A DNA stretch of 64,000 nt, taken from the NCBI GenBank assembly GCA_027483885.1, contig JAIXTO010000112.1, forward strand, positions 19,870-83,869, given 5' to 3'. The translations under genes were made by a program, and so were the position numbers. The stretch comes from Rhizobiaceae bacterium. Lineage in GTDB: Bacteria; Pseudomonadota; Alphaproteobacteria; Rhizobiales; Rhizobiaceae. The notes under the pieces were generated by a model that searched no databases, was not told where the DNA came from, and saw only the letters and a list, made by a program, of their open reading frames with translations. The number at the start of each line of letters is the position of its first letter. Within the stretch, counting starts at the first letter, position 1. Positions 45,121 through 54,886 of this stretch are shown piece after piece.

Positions 45121-45474
45121 CAGGGGAACAGGAGAGCCAGAGATAGGCGGGGCGGGGGCGAAGGGCAAGGCGCACGACGCGATTGTGGTGGGACAAGGGG
45201 ACATAGACCCCGCGTTACTTTCGACGGTCGCGCCGGGCGTCGCGATCGTTTTGCCAATAAACGAACACGACAACGGCGGCTAGCCCGGCTATGGGCATCA
45301 GACGCAGGATGGTGTCCTGAAATATGGTCATGGTTGTCATTGTCCCCCGCGGCCCCACGCCCATTTGCCGGCGGCAAGTGATCAAAAACAGCGAAATTCC
45401 CGCCGTGGTGGGTGGTCAATCGGCCCCACCTTTCCTAGTTTCCCCACGTCCGACCTCTATTGGATGAGAATGCC

Positions 45475-45870
45475 ATGACAATGACCGCGAGGATCGTCGC
45501 TCTGACGATCGTATTTTTTCCCGCCCTTCAAGCCCATGCCATCGATAGCAGCATCGTGCGCCAGCTGGATGCGCTGACACCAGAGGAGCGCCGCGAGCAA
45601 CGTTGCGACATCGAGGCGATGAACCGCATCGCCAAGGAAGCGGACGGTTTCAAGCCCGACAAAGTGATTGCCTACACGTTTGGCGATACGATTGAGAAGG
45701 GTGACCTGATCCGGGCGCCGGGTGCCGTGTTTCGCAGCGGCGGCAACTGGTATCGCCTGAAATACAAGTGCCAGACGGCCAATGATGGTCTCGCCATCAC
45801 CACCTTCGACTACAAGCTGGGCTCAAAAATCCCGCGCGAGCAGTGGCCGGAATATTATCTCTACGATTGA
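45475..45870 (+). CDS. DUF930 family secreted protein
   Basis: Signal peptide MTMTARIVALTIVFFPALQAHA. RCDIEAMNRI...WYRLKYKCQT pattern of DUF930. Confidence 0.7.
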   Translation: MTMTARIVALTIVFFPALQAHAIDSSIVRQLDALTPEERREQRCDIEAMNRIAKEADGFKPDKVIAYTFGDTIEKGDLIRAPGAVFRSGGNWYRLKYKCQTANDGLAITTFDYKLGSKIPREQWPEYYLYD

Positions 45871-45892
45871 GATTTTCCGTGCGAATACGAAA

Positions 45893-45926
45893 GCCCGAGG
45901 AACCGGCCGGTTCCTCGGGCTTTTTT
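45893..45926. terminator. bidirectional intrinsic terminator
   Basis: Perfect 14-bp stem GCCCGAGGAACCGG/CCGGTTCCTCGGGC flanked by AAA on the left and TTTTTT on the right. Sits between convergent genes. Confidence 0.85.
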
Positions 45927-45946
45927 GTTTCTGTTGTCTGCGCCGC

Positions 45947-47113
45947 TCAGTCGGGCAATTGCGGCACCGTCTTGCGGTCGGGAAACAGTTCGTTGGCGAT
46001 GGTCATGGCGATCAGCGACAGCGGCAGCGCCAGCATGGCGCCAACGGCACCCCACATGAACGTCCAGAACAGGATGGCGACAAAAACCACGAAGGGATTG
46101 ATTTCCCACTGGCGCCCCATGACGGCGGGAAAAGCCAGGTTTTCCATGATGAGATGGACGAGGAAAAAGCAGATGGCCGGCAAAAAACCGATCAGCAGCG
46201 TATCATGCACAAGAATGCCGGCAACGGCGACGGAAAACGTCATGACCGTGATGCCGAGGAAGGGAATGAAGCTGGAGAGAAAGGCAAAGACGCCCCAGAG
46301 GATAGGCATGGGCAGCCCGCCGGCATAGGCGATCAGCGTCATCACCACGCCGAGGCCGAGATACATCAGGCTGGCGGTGGCGAAATAATAACCGAGAACT
46401 TCTTCGACCGCATTGAAGATGCGGATGGCCAGAAGCCTCTGGCGCCGGGTCGGGAAGGCCATGATGATGGTCCGGCGCAGTTTCAGGCGGCCGTAGAGGA
46501 AGAGCAGCAATGCGGCAAAAAAGATCAGCCCCTGGATGATCGCCGGCGTCAGGTTGGCGGAGACAACACTCAGCACGTTGCCGCTGTTTTCCAAGAGCTT
46601 TTCCATCGACATCGGGCCGCTGTTAAAACTTGCCGGCGTGATGTTCAGCCAGTGGTGTTTTTCGAGGAAGGGCGTGATGCGGGCAAAGGTTTCCTCCACC
46701 ACGCGTGGCCCCTCGCCAATCAGCGTCGCCACCGGTTCGGCGAGCGCATTAACGAGCAGGAAGAGGCAGGCCATCACCAGCGTCGACAGGATGAGCGCAA
46801 TACCGAAACGGGGAATGCCGAATTCCCCCATCCGCTCGGCGACCATGCCAAGGATCATGCCGATGACGATGGCGAGCGCCACGGGCTTCAGGATCAGTGA
46901 CAGCTGGTGGACCACGGCAAAACCGATGATGAGGAAAATCCCGATCACCGCCCAGGCCTTGGCCACTTCCAGCGCATCGCGGCCCAGCGGCATGAATTCG
47001 GTTGCATCGGCGCTGTAGCCGGCAATCTCGTCCTGGCGCGCGCCTTCATGCTCGATCGTGCGTCGCTTGGCTCTGCCGTTCTGCCTGGCCGCCCGGGCCG
47101 TCGTGGTTGTCAT
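45947..47113 (-). CDS. AI-2E family transporter (PerM/UPF0118)
   Basis: 8 TM helices. C-terminal GAVGAMLALPLSLIAMTIANE motif. Confidence 0.8.
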   Translation of the reverse strand: MTTTTARAARQNGRAKRRTIEHEGARQDEIAGYSADATEFMPLGRDALEVAKAWAVIGIFLIIGFAVVHQLSLILKPVALAIVIGMILGMVAERMGEFGIPRFGIALILSTLVMACLFLLVNALAEPVATLIGEGPRVVEETFARITPFLEKHHWLNITPASFNSGPMSMEKLLENSGNVLSVVSANLTPAIIQGLIFFAALLLFLYGRLKLRRTIIMAFPTRRQRLLAIRIFNAVEEVLGYYFATASLMYLGLGVVMTLIAYAGGLPMPILWGVFAFLSSFIPFLGITVMTFSVAVAGILVHDTLLIGFLPAICFFLVHLIMENLAFPAVMGRQWEINPFVVFVAILFWTFMWGAVGAMLALPLSLIAMTIANELFPDRKTVPQLPD

Positions 47114-47180
47114 GTGTGCTATCCCCTTTGCGCGGCATCAACGCGCGAAGGTTGCAGCGGTTCCTTGGCAAAATTCCGCG

Positions 47181-48050
47181 TCAGGCGGCAAGCGTCAACC
47201 CGATGCCCCAGGGATCGTAAAGCGTGATGCCGGCGGCAGTCCGGGAGGTGGGAATTTCCAGCTTTTCCAGGCCCTGTAGCGCCGTTTCAAGCGCTGCGGC
47301 ATCGGTAAATTTCAGCGTGTAATCGGAAAGGCCGCTCATGCTCTTCTGGCGCACACCGGCACCCCGGCTGTTCCAGATGTTGGCGGCGAGGTGATGGTGA
47401 TAACCACCGGTCGCAAAAAAGCTGGCGCCCGGATAACGTGCCATGATCTTCAGGCCGAGCACGTCGCGGTAAAAGGCATCGGCGTCTGCCACATTGCCCA
47501 CCTGCAGGTGGATGTGGCCAATGGCAGTGCCGGGCGCCATGCCGCCCCAGCTTTCCTTTTTGGCGCTATCGTAGAGCGCCTGCAGGTCCAGCCGCTCGGT
47601 CGCCATCGCAACCATGCCATCGGGCTGATAGTTCCATTCAAGCGGCGAGCGATCGCGGTAGATCTCAATGCCGTTGCCCTCAGGGTCGGAGAGATAGATC
47701 GCCTCGCTCACCAGATGGTCGGAGGCGCCCTCAAGCCGTATGCCACGATGGACGGCATGGGCAAGCCAGGCGGCAAGCTCCGCCCGGTTCGGCACCAGGA
47801 AAGCGGTGTGGAAAAGGCCGGCTGCGGTTCGTGGCGCACGGGCAATGCTGGTGCCGGTGGAAAGCGTCAGAAGCGGCACGCCCTCGACGCCGAGCACCAT
47901 GCCGCTTGGTGTTTCCTCCAGCAGCGAAAGGCCGATAATGTCGCGGTAGAAGGCGCCGGTGCCGGCAAGATCCGTCACCACCAGATGCGCGCCCTCCACA
48001 TGAGCCGGACGGGTGAGGGCAAAGGAGGGCGTCTGTACGGTCTTGGTCAT
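47181..48050 (-). CDS. VOC-family extradiol-dioxygenase-like protein (two glyoxalase-fold domains)
   Basis: ATG 48050 (MTKTVQTPSFALTRPAHVEGAHLVVTDL). Repeated HxxF...E metal-site pattern (GLFHTAFL, IGHIHLQV, GGYHHHLAANIW). Confidence 0.75.
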   Translation of the reverse strand: MTKTVQTPSFALTRPAHVEGAHLVVTDLAGTGAFYRDIIGLSLLEETPSGMVLGVEGVPLLTLSTGTSIARAPRTAAGLFHTAFLVPNRAELAAWLAHAVHRGIRLEGASDHLVSEAIYLSDPEGNGIEIYRDRSPLEWNYQPDGMVAMATERLDLQALYDSAKKESWGGMAPGTAIGHIHLQVGNVADADAFYRDVLGLKIMARYPGASFFATGGYHHHLAANIWNSRGAGVRQKSMSGLSDYTLKFTDAAALETALQGLEKLEIPTSRTAAGITLYDPWGIGLTLAA

Positions 48051-48250
48051 GCTTCTGTCTCGCTGTTCTTCGTCAGTGCAGGCCACTATGCCCTCTTCCC
48101 GCTGTTCATGAAAGATGGCTGATTGGCGACATCTCGTTCACAAATAGAAGACGATCTTCTGGACCCCATAATCCTCGACGATTTGACCTGCCTCAAGGCG
48201 CTCGCACGTGTGGCGTGAGAAACGTCGTGGCACACTCTAAGGAGAATGCC

Positions 48251-48661
48251 ATGTACAGTTCCATCATCGTTGCCATCGATGTCGCACAGCTGGAAAAGGC
48301 CGAACGCCTTGCGGCCAAGGCGGCAGCACTCGTCCATGCCGGTGGAAAGATCACCCTCGTCAACGTGGTCGAGGAAGTGCCGGGCTATCTCACCATCGAT
48401 ATCCCCACCGACCTGATGGGGCAGGCGCGTGCCGATGGCCAGGCAAAGCTCGGCGCGCTGCGCGACAAGCTGGGGCTCGATGCGCAGATCGAGATACGCC
48501 AGGGCGCGCCGGCGCATGAAATTCTGGCAGCAGCGTCGGTCAACCAGGCCGATCTCATCATGCTGGCATCGCATGTCCCGGATTTTTCCAACTACCTGAT
48601 CGGCGCCACCGCCGACCGCGTCGTGCGTCACGCCAAATGTTCGGTTCTGGTCGAGCGCTGA
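48251..48661 (+). CDS. universal stress protein (UspA family)
   Basis: AAGGAG RBS. MYSSIIVAIDVAQ...LIMLASH...GATADRVVRHAKCSVLVER. Confidence 0.85.
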   Translation: MYSSIIVAIDVAQLEKAERLAAKAAALVHAGGKITLVNVVEEVPGYLTIDIPTDLMGQARADGQAKLGALRDKLGLDAQIEIRQGAPAHEILAAASVNQADLIMLASHVPDFSNYLIGATADRVVRHAKCSVLVER

Positions 48662-48675
48662 ACGGGGCAGGGCAC

Positions 48676-48996
48676 ATGGACACGCAGCATTATAAGGCAA
48701 CCCTTGTCGCGCGGCGGCTGGAATTGCAGGCGCGTCTTGCCAAGATCGAGGCCGATCTCGATGCGCCCGGCAACCCTGACGACGACGACCGCGCCATCGA
48801 GCGCAACAATGACGAGGTGCTGGAAAGCCTTGGCGGCAGCGGCCAGACGGAGCTTTTTGCCATCGATGCGGCCCTGTCGCGCATAACAGCCGGCACGTTC
48901 GGCGCTTGTGTGCGCTGCGGTGATGCGATCAGCCCGGCGCGGCTCGACGCCGTACCCCAAGCAGCACTGTGTGAAGCCTGTGTGAAGGAAATCTGA
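48676..48996 (+). CDS. DksA/TraR-family C4 zinc-finger protein
   Basis: ATG 48676 (MDTQHYKATL). Coiled-coil region, then CVRCGDAI...CEAC. Confidence 0.8.
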   Translation: MDTQHYKATLVARRLELQARLAKIEADLDAPGNPDDDDRAIERNNDEVLESLGGSGQTELFAIDAALSRITAGTFGACVRCGDAISPARLDAVPQAALCEACVKEI

Positions 48997-49125
48997 ACAG
49001 GCCGTCATGCGGTTTTGAAAAGTCGTAAACGCTCATAACGGAATGTGATGGCGCCGATGGCGCCGACCCGGTTGCGTCTTTTTGCCCGTGCCGTCATGGT
49101 GTGTGGCAAAGGAGACCGGGCATTT

Positions 49126-49794
49126 ATGAGCGACCTGCTGCGATTCGGACGAACCTATGATTTTCACGAGATCGTCGCCGATGGCGTCGTGCATGGCATC
49201 GGCATCGTCTTTGCGCTGATCGGCGCAACCGCGCTCATCTTCTACGCGACGCTCTGGTCAAGCCATGGCGAACTGTTTGCCGCCTGGACCTATGGCATCG
49301 GGCTGGTGCTCTGCCTCTCGGTGTCGTTCACCTATAATATCTGGCCGCATTCGCGCACCAAATGGCTGCTGCGACGGTTCGATCATTCGGCGATCTTCGT
49401 GCTGATTGCCGCCACCTATACGCCCTTCCTCGAGCGAGGCTCGTCCGATCCGCTGGTCTTTGCCATGCTGATCTTCGTCTGGGCGGTGGCGCTGTTCGGC
49501 ATCACGCTGAAATGCGTCTTTCCCGGCCGTTTCGACCGGCTTACGATCCTGCTTTATCTCGGCATGGGCTGGAGCGGCGTTGTGGTCATCTCGCCGCTGT
49601 CGCAGCAACTGCCCTCCATCACGCTGTGGCTGATCGTTGCCGGCGGCATCATCTATTCGCTCGGCGTGATCTTTCACGTCTGGGAACGGCTGCGCTTCCA
49701 GAATGCCATCTGGCACGCCTTCGTCATTGCCGCCGCCGCCGTGCATTATTCGGCCGTCGTCACCTGTTTCAGCCTGCCGTCGCCCAGCATTTGA
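49126..49794 (+). CDS. hemolysin III / PAQR family membrane protein
   Basis: ATG 49126 (MSDLLRFGR). 7 TM helices. FDHSAIFVLIAATYTP and WHAFVIAAAAVHY motifs. Confidence 0.8.
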   Translation: MSDLLRFGRTYDFHEIVADGVVHGIGIVFALIGATALIFYATLWSSHGELFAAWTYGIGLVLCLSVSFTYNIWPHSRTKWLLRRFDHSAIFVLIAATYTPFLERGSSDPLVFAMLIFVWAVALFGITLKCVFPGRFDRLTILLYLGMGWSGVVVISPLSQQLPSITLWLIVAGGIIYSLGVIFHVWERLRFQNAIWHAFVIAAAAVHYSAVVTCFSLPSPSI

Positions 49795-49882
49795 ACGAGT
49801 TGGTGAGGCAGGAGACGGCACTGGACGTCTGCTCTGGCTGTCTGCTATGAGAGACGATACGTTTATTATAGTGGATATTTAA

Positions 49883-50386
49883 ATGGCAGCCGACCTTATC
49901 CTCCGTGACGCTGAAGACGCGGATCTTCCCGCGATCCGCGACATCTATAATGATGCAGTGGCGAATACGACGGCGATCTGGAACGACAATCTGGTCGATC
50001 TTGCCAACCGACAGGACTGGTATGCGGCCCGCCTGGCCCGCGGCTTTCCGGTTCTGGTGGCAGAGGTGGACGGGCAAATTGCCGGTTACGCCTCCTATGG
50101 CGACTGGCGCGCGTTTGAAGGTTTTCGCCACACGGTGGAACATTCGGTCTATGTCCATAAGGATCATCGTGGCGCAGGCCTTGGCAAGCAGTTGATGCAG
50201 GCGCTTGTGGCGCGGGCGGAAGCGGGCGGGATCCATGTGATGGTGGCCTGTATCGAAGCGCAGAACCACGCCTCCATCCGCCTGCACGAAGCCTTGGGCT
50301 TTCGCACCGCCGGCACGTTTTCCGAGGTGGGCACCAAGTTCGGCCGTTGGCTGGATCTCACCTGCATGGAAAAGCGGCTGGGGTGA
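49883..50386 (+). CDS. GNAT acetyltransferase of the phosphinothricin/methionine-sulfoximine N-acetyltransferase type
   Basis: LRDAEDADLPAIRDIYNDAV...TTAIWN...GYASYGDWRAFEGFRHTVEHSVYV...RGAGLGKQLM. Confidence 0.8.
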   Translation: MAADLILRDAEDADLPAIRDIYNDAVANTTAIWNDNLVDLANRQDWYAARLARGFPVLVAEVDGQIAGYASYGDWRAFEGFRHTVEHSVYVHKDHRGAGLGKQLMQALVARAEAGGIHVMVACIEAQNHASIRLHEALGFRTAGTFSEVGTKFGRWLDLTCMEKRLG

Positions 50387-50788
50387 TCAGGTATCTGCGC
50401 CTTCCCAGTCCTCGCAGACAAGGCCCGATACCCGTTCGAACTCACGCAGATTGCGGGTGAGAAGCACAAGCTTGCGCGAAAGAGCCTGCCCGGCGATCAG
50501 CACGTCACAAGGGCCAATCGGCGTGCCGGTTTGTGCAAGACCTGCCCGCACCGCGCCGGCTGCCTGCGCATCCTCCCGGTCGAATTCCAGGACGGGAAAG
50601 GCAAGTCCGGCGACGCGTACCAGGTTTTCCGCCTGGCGGCTGCTCTTGTAAGCGCCATAATACAGTTCATGCGCCACGATGGCCGAAAGCGCAAAATCAC
50701 CCGGCCTTTGTGTCCTCATGCGCGCCGTCAGGTGCGGATGACCCTTCATCAGGGCAATCACCGCATTGGTGTCCATGAGATATTTCAT
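50387..50788 (-). CDS. vapC: PIN-domain toxin VapC
   Basis: MKYLMDTNAVIALMKG... with acidic PIN residues. Start overlaps the vapB stop (ATGA). Confidence 0.85.
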   Translation of the reverse strand: MKYLMDTNAVIALMKGHPHLTARMRTQRPGDFALSAIVAHELYYGAYKSSRQAENLVRVAGLAFPVLEFDREDAQAAGAVRAGLAQTGTPIGPCDVLIAGQALSRKLVLLTRNLREFERVSGLVCEDWEGADT

Positions 50789-51027
50789 GGGAAGATGTCG
50801 AGAGCCGGGCGCTCCTGTTCGGTAAGCTTTTCCTCGGTCGCGGCCAGAAAGTCAGCATCAAGCGGACCTTGAACACGCGCAAGCCAGTCCCAGTCGTTGA
50901 CCACGGGTTCAAGGATTACGCTGTCGCCGTGACGGCGGATGCGCACTTCTTCGCCTTCGAAGCGAAATTCCTTGGGCAGGCGCACGGCCTGCGAACGCCC
51001 GCTCCAGAACAGTCTTGCCGTTTCCAT
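50785..51027 (-). CDS. vapB: AbrB/SpoVT-type antitoxin VapB
   Basis: ATG 51027 with GGAGGA RBS. METARLFWSGRSQAVRLPKEFRFEGEEVRIRRHGDSVILEP. Confidence 0.85.
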   Translation of the reverse strand: METARLFWSGRSQAVRLPKEFRFEGEEVRIRRHGDSVILEPVVNDWDWLARVQGPLDADFLAATEEKLTEQERPALDIFP

Positions 51028-51088
51028 CGTGTCCTCCAATGGTATGTCTCAAAAAGATATACCGCATTGGAGGCACGTTCAAGCGACC

Positions 51089-51496
51089 TCAAACCGGCTC
51101 GAACACCATCGAATAGCCGTTGATGCAGTAGCGCAGGCCGGTCGGGGGCGGGCCGTCGGGGAAGACGTGGCCGAGATGGCCGTCGCAGGAGGCGCAGCGG
51201 ATTTCGGTGCGTACCATGCCATGGCTGATGTCGCGTAGTTCCACCACGGCGTCAGGCGTCACCGGTTCGAAATAACTCGGCCAGCCGCAGCCGGAATCAA
51301 ACTTGGTGTCGGAGATGAACAGCGGCTCGTTGCAGCCGGCGCAGCGGTATAGCCCCTTGTCCTTGCTGTTCCAATAAGGGCCGGTGAACGCCCGTTCCGT
51401 GCCATGTTCGCGCAGGATGCGGTATTGTTCCGGGCTCAACTGTTCGCGCCAGTCCCGATCGCTCTTGATAACCTTCGGCGTTTTGGTGTCAGACAT
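51089..51496 (-). CDS. msrB: peptide-methionine (R)-S-oxide reductase MsrB
   Basis: Zinc CxxC pairs ([21 protein letters not shown]) and catalytic RYCING. ATG 51496 has a GAGGAG RBS at 6-nt spacing. Confidence 0.92.
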   Translation of the reverse strand: MSDTKTPKVIKSDRDWREQLSPEQYRILREHGTERAFTGPYWNSKDKGLYRCAGCNEPLFISDTKFDSGCGWPSYFEPVTPDAVVELRDISHGMVRTEIRCASCDGHLGHVFPDGPPPTGLRYCINGYSMVFEPV

Positions 51497-51687
51497 GGGC
51501 AACTCCTCTGTTTACCCCGATATAGGCGTTCACGTTCTCATCAAAAAGGGTGTGCGCATGTCGTTTTTCGGCAACAAAGCGTTGAGGCCGGCAAACCCAT
51601 GCCTTAAGTAGGGCTCTCTTGTCTCGGCTTGGGTGCGGAGATGTATAACGGGTGCGAAGGCGCCGACAGGAGGATGATATCGCCGCA

Positions 51688-54075
51688 ATGACCTTGGTAT
51701 GTCTGTTCCTGCCATTCATCGCGGCCGTTGCTGCACCTCCTCTGACGCGCGCACTTGGCGCAAAGGCCGCCTGGCTACTGGCACTGGCGCCGGCTTTTTC
51801 TTTTTTCTACTTTGCCGGATATCTGCCGGAAATTGCAGCCGGGGAGGTGGTCACCGGCGGTTACGCCTGGGTGCCCAGCCTCAATCTGTCGTTTTCCTGG
51901 TTTCTCGACGGGCTGTCCCTGACCTTCGCCCTTCTCATCACCGGCATCGGCACGCTGATCGTGCTTTATTCCGGCGGTTACATGAAGGGCCATCCGCAGC
52001 AGGGGCGGTTCTTCGCCTTCATCCTGCTCTTCATGGGCGCCATGCTCGGCGTCGTTGTCTCCGACAGTTTCCTGATGCTCTTTGTCTACTGGGAGCTGAC
52101 CTCGATCACCTCCTTCCTGCTGATCGGTTTCGATCACACGCGGGAAGCCGCGCGCCGCGCCGCGCTGCAGGCACTCGTGGTCACCGGCGGCGGCGGTCTC
52201 TGCCTGCTCGCCGGTCTCATCTTCATCTGGAACATCACCGGTGTTACCCAGCTGTCTCTCGTCGTCCACCAGGGCGAGCTGATGCGCCAGAGCCCGTTTT
52301 ATCTGGCAGCGCTGCTGCTCGTGCTCGGCGGCTGCTTTACCAAGTCGGCGCAGTTTCCCTTCCATTTCTGGCTGCCGAACGCCATGGAAGCACCAACGCC
52401 CGTTTCGGCCTACCTGCATTCCGCGACCATGGTGAAGGCCGGCGTCTATCTCTTGATGCGGCTCAACCCGACACTTGGGGGCACGCCCGCCTGGGAAATC
52501 CTGCTGCCCTTTTTCGGCGGCGTCACGCTGATCGTCGGCACATTTCTCGGGCTTCGCCAGACAGATTTGAAGCTGATGCTGGCCTATACGACCATGGCTT
52601 CGCTCGGGCTTCTGGTGATGCTGACCGGCTTTGATTCCGAACACGCGATTTCCGCGGCCGTGCTTTATCTGGTGGCGCATTCACTGTTTAAAGGCGCGCT
52701 GTTCATGGTGGCGGGCCTCATCGACCACGAGGCCGGCACGCGCGACGTGACCAAGCTGTCGGGCCTTGCGAAAGCCATGCCGATCACCTTTGCGGCGGCC
52801 ATTCTGGCAGCGCTGTCCATGGGCGGCCTGCCGCTGTTCTTCGGGTTTCTCGCCAAGGAAGAGATCTATTATGCGCTGGCGGGCGGTGATCTGCGCTCCA
52901 TCCTGTTCACCTCGGTTGCCGTTATCGGCAACGGGTTGATGTTTGCGCTGGCCTTTGCCGTGGCGCTGAAACCCTTTCTCGGCAAAAAGGTGGAAACGCC
53001 GAAACATGCCCATGAAGGCCCGGTTCTGCTGTGGCTTGGCCCGCTGGTGCTTGCCGTTCTCGGCCTTCTCGGCGGTGTCTTTTCAACCGTCGCGCATCGC
53101 TTCATTTCCTCGCCGATGGCAAGCGCTGTGGAGGGTGCTGCAACGCAGGTGACGATCTCCACCATTCCCCATTGGGGCGCGCCACTTGCCCTGTCTCTGG
53201 TCACGGTCGCCTTCGGCCTTCTCGTTTATCTGCAGCTGTCCCGCGTCCGCGCTATGATGGTGCGCCTTCTCGATGCGCTGGGACCGGGGCCGGATCGTGG
53301 TTTCGATGCAGCGATTGCCGGTCTCGTCAGGCTTTCGGTCACTGTTACCCGTTTCGTCCAGCCCGGTCGGCTGGAGGTTTATGTGACCGCAACCTTCATT
53401 CTTCTGGCGCTGACCCTTCTCGTGCCGCCCTTCGTTTACGGCGAACTGCCGGCGCTGCCGTCCTTCCCCACCGATGTGATGGTGCAGGAATGGGCGTTTT
53501 TTGCCATTGCCCTCATCGGCCTTGTCGCCGTGCTGCGCGCCAGCAACCGGCTGACGGCGATCGTCTCGCTCGGCATCCAGGGGTTTGCCGTGGCCGTCAT
53601 CTTCCTGCTGTTTGGTGCGCCGGACCTGTCGTTCACGCAGTTCATGGTGGAAACGCTGTCGGTTGTCATTCTGGCGCTCGCCATGACGCGGCTTCGCCTG
53701 ATGCCCTCCGATCACCGCCCGTTCCGCCAGATACTGGGCGACGCGGTGATCGCCATTTCCTGCGGCGTCGGCTTCATGCTGCTGTTGATGAAATCCGTCG
53801 AGGGGGTCTTTGACACGCGGCTCACCGATTTCTTCAACGCCTATTCCAAGGTGATCGCCCACGGCGCCAATGTGGTGAACGTCATCATTGTCGATTTCCG
53901 CGGCACAGATACGCTCGGCGAAATCGCCGTGGTGATGGTGACCGGCCTTGCGATCCTTGCCCTCATCCGTGTCCGCGTCGGGGCGATAAAACCCGCCGAT
54001 AACGATCCGGATGCCCCCGATCCGACACCCGCGCCGGCCGGCACCGTTGCAATGAGCGAAGGAGCGCGCCCATGA
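51688..54075 (+). CDS. mrpA: Mrp/Pha-type Na+(K+)/H+ antiporter subunit A
   Basis: About 795 aa. NuoL-like core ([29 protein letters not shown]) plus a C-terminal MrpB-like extension. First gene of a 7-gene overlapping operon. Confidence 0.9.
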   Translation: MTLVCLFLPFIAAVAAPPLTRALGAKAAWLLALAPAFSFFYFAGYLPEIAAGEVVTGGYAWVPSLNLSFSWFLDGLSLTFALLITGIGTLIVLYSGGYMKGHPQQGRFFAFILLFMGAMLGVVVSDSFLMLFVYWELTSITSFLLIGFDHTREAARRAALQALVVTGGGGLCLLAGLIFIWNITGVTQLSLVVHQGELMRQSPFYLAALLLVLGGCFTKSAQFPFHFWLPNAMEAPTPVSAYLHSATMVKAGVYLLMRLNPTLGGTPAWEILLPFFGGVTLIVGTFLGLRQTDLKLMLAYTTMASLGLLVMLTGFDSEHAISAAVLYLVAHSLFKGALFMVAGLIDHEAGTRDVTKLSGLAKAMPITFAAAILAALSMGGLPLFFGFLAKEEIYYALAGGDLRSILFTSVAVIGNGLMFALAFAVALKPFLGKKVETPKHAHEGPVLLWLGPLVLAVLGLLGGVFSTVAHRFISSPMASAVEGAATQVTISTIPHWGAPLALSLVTVAFGLLVYLQLSRVRAMMVRLLDALGPGPDRGFDAAIAGLVRLSVTVTRFVQPGRLEVYVTATFILLALTLLVPPFVYGELPALPSFPTDVMVQEWAFFAIALIGLVAVLRASNRLTAIVSLGIQGFAVAVIFLLFGAPDLSFTQFMVETLSVVILALAMTRLRLMPSDHRPFRQILGDAVIAISCGVGFMLLLMKSVEGVFDTRLTDFFNAYSKVIAHGANVVNVIIVDFRGTDTLGEIAVVMVTGLAILALIRVRVGAIKPADNDPDAPDPTPAPAGTVAMSEGARP

Positions 54076-54491
54076 ACACGCTGATCTTTCGCACCGTCGC
54101 CCCTTTCCTCACCGCGCTGATGATTGTCTTTTCGGTTTTCGTGCTCTTGCGCGGCCATAACGAACCGGGCGGCGGCTTTATCGGTGGGCTGATCGCAGCC
54201 TCCGCCTTTGCCATTTACGGCATCGCCTATGGTGTCATGGCCGTGCGCCGCGCCCTGTGGTTCCATCCAATGTCGATCGCCGGCTTCGGCCTTCTTCTCT
54301 CGACGCTGTCAGGTTTCCTGTCGATCTTTGCCGGTGTGCCGTTCATGACGGGGCTGTGGATCTATCCGCATTTCTTCGGCGTCGAGATCGCTCTGTCGAG
54401 CGTCATGTCCTTCGATATCGGGGTTTATCTGGTTGTGGTCGGGGCCATCACCTCCATTGCGCTGGCATTGGAAGAAAAGGAAAGCGACTGA
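54072..54491 (+). CDS. mrpB: Mrp antiporter subunit B
   Basis: ATGA overlap with mrp[18 protein letters not shown] motif. Confidence 0.88.
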   Translation: MNTLIFRTVAPFLTALMIVFSVFVLLRGHNEPGGGFIGGLIAASAFAIYGIAYGVMAVRRALWFHPMSIAGFGLLLSTLSGFLSIFAGVPFMTGLWIYPHFFGVEIALSSVMSFDIGVYLVVVGAITSIALALEEKESD

Positions 54492-54868
54492 TGGAGTTTC
54501 TTGTCGCAATCCTCGTTGGTGCGTTCTTTTCGGCCGCGATCTATCTGATGTTGTCAAAACATTCGGTGCGCATGCTGCTCGGCATCGCCATTCTCGGCAA
54601 TGCCGTCAACCTCTTGCTGTTTACCAGCGGGCGGTTGACGCGCGAAGTGCCGCCGATCATCGGGGCGGGCATGGATACGCTGCCGGCCGGTGCCGCCAAT
54701 CCGCTGCCGCAGGCGCTCATCCTCACGGCCATCGTCATCTCGTTTTCGTTCTTCGCCTTCCTGCTGGTGCTGACCTACCGGGCCTATCAGGAACTCGGCA
54801 CCGACAATACCGACGAGATGCGGCTTGCCGAGCCGAAGGATGATCCCATGCCGCCCATCGGCTACTGA
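54491..54868 (+). CDS. mrpC: Mrp antiporter subunit C (NuoK-like)
   Basis: Internal ATG of ORF 54257..54868, overlapping the mrpB stop (TGATG). [22 protein letters not shown]...LGNAVNLLLF. Confidence 0.88.
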   Translation: MEFLVAILVGAFFSAAIYLMLSKHSVRMLLGIAILGNAVNLLLFTSGRLTREVPPIIGAGMDTLPAGAANPLPQALILTAIVISFSFFAFLLVLTYRAYQELGTDNTDEMRLAEPKDDPMPPIGY

Positions 54869-54886
54869 GGAGGTTTTCAGACACCC

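Noticed and set aside
45782-46900. 372-aa + strand ORF opposite the AI-2E transporter
   Set aside because: It is the shadow frame of a clearly hydrophobic 8-TM transporter, and its product is highly charged low-complexity sequence.
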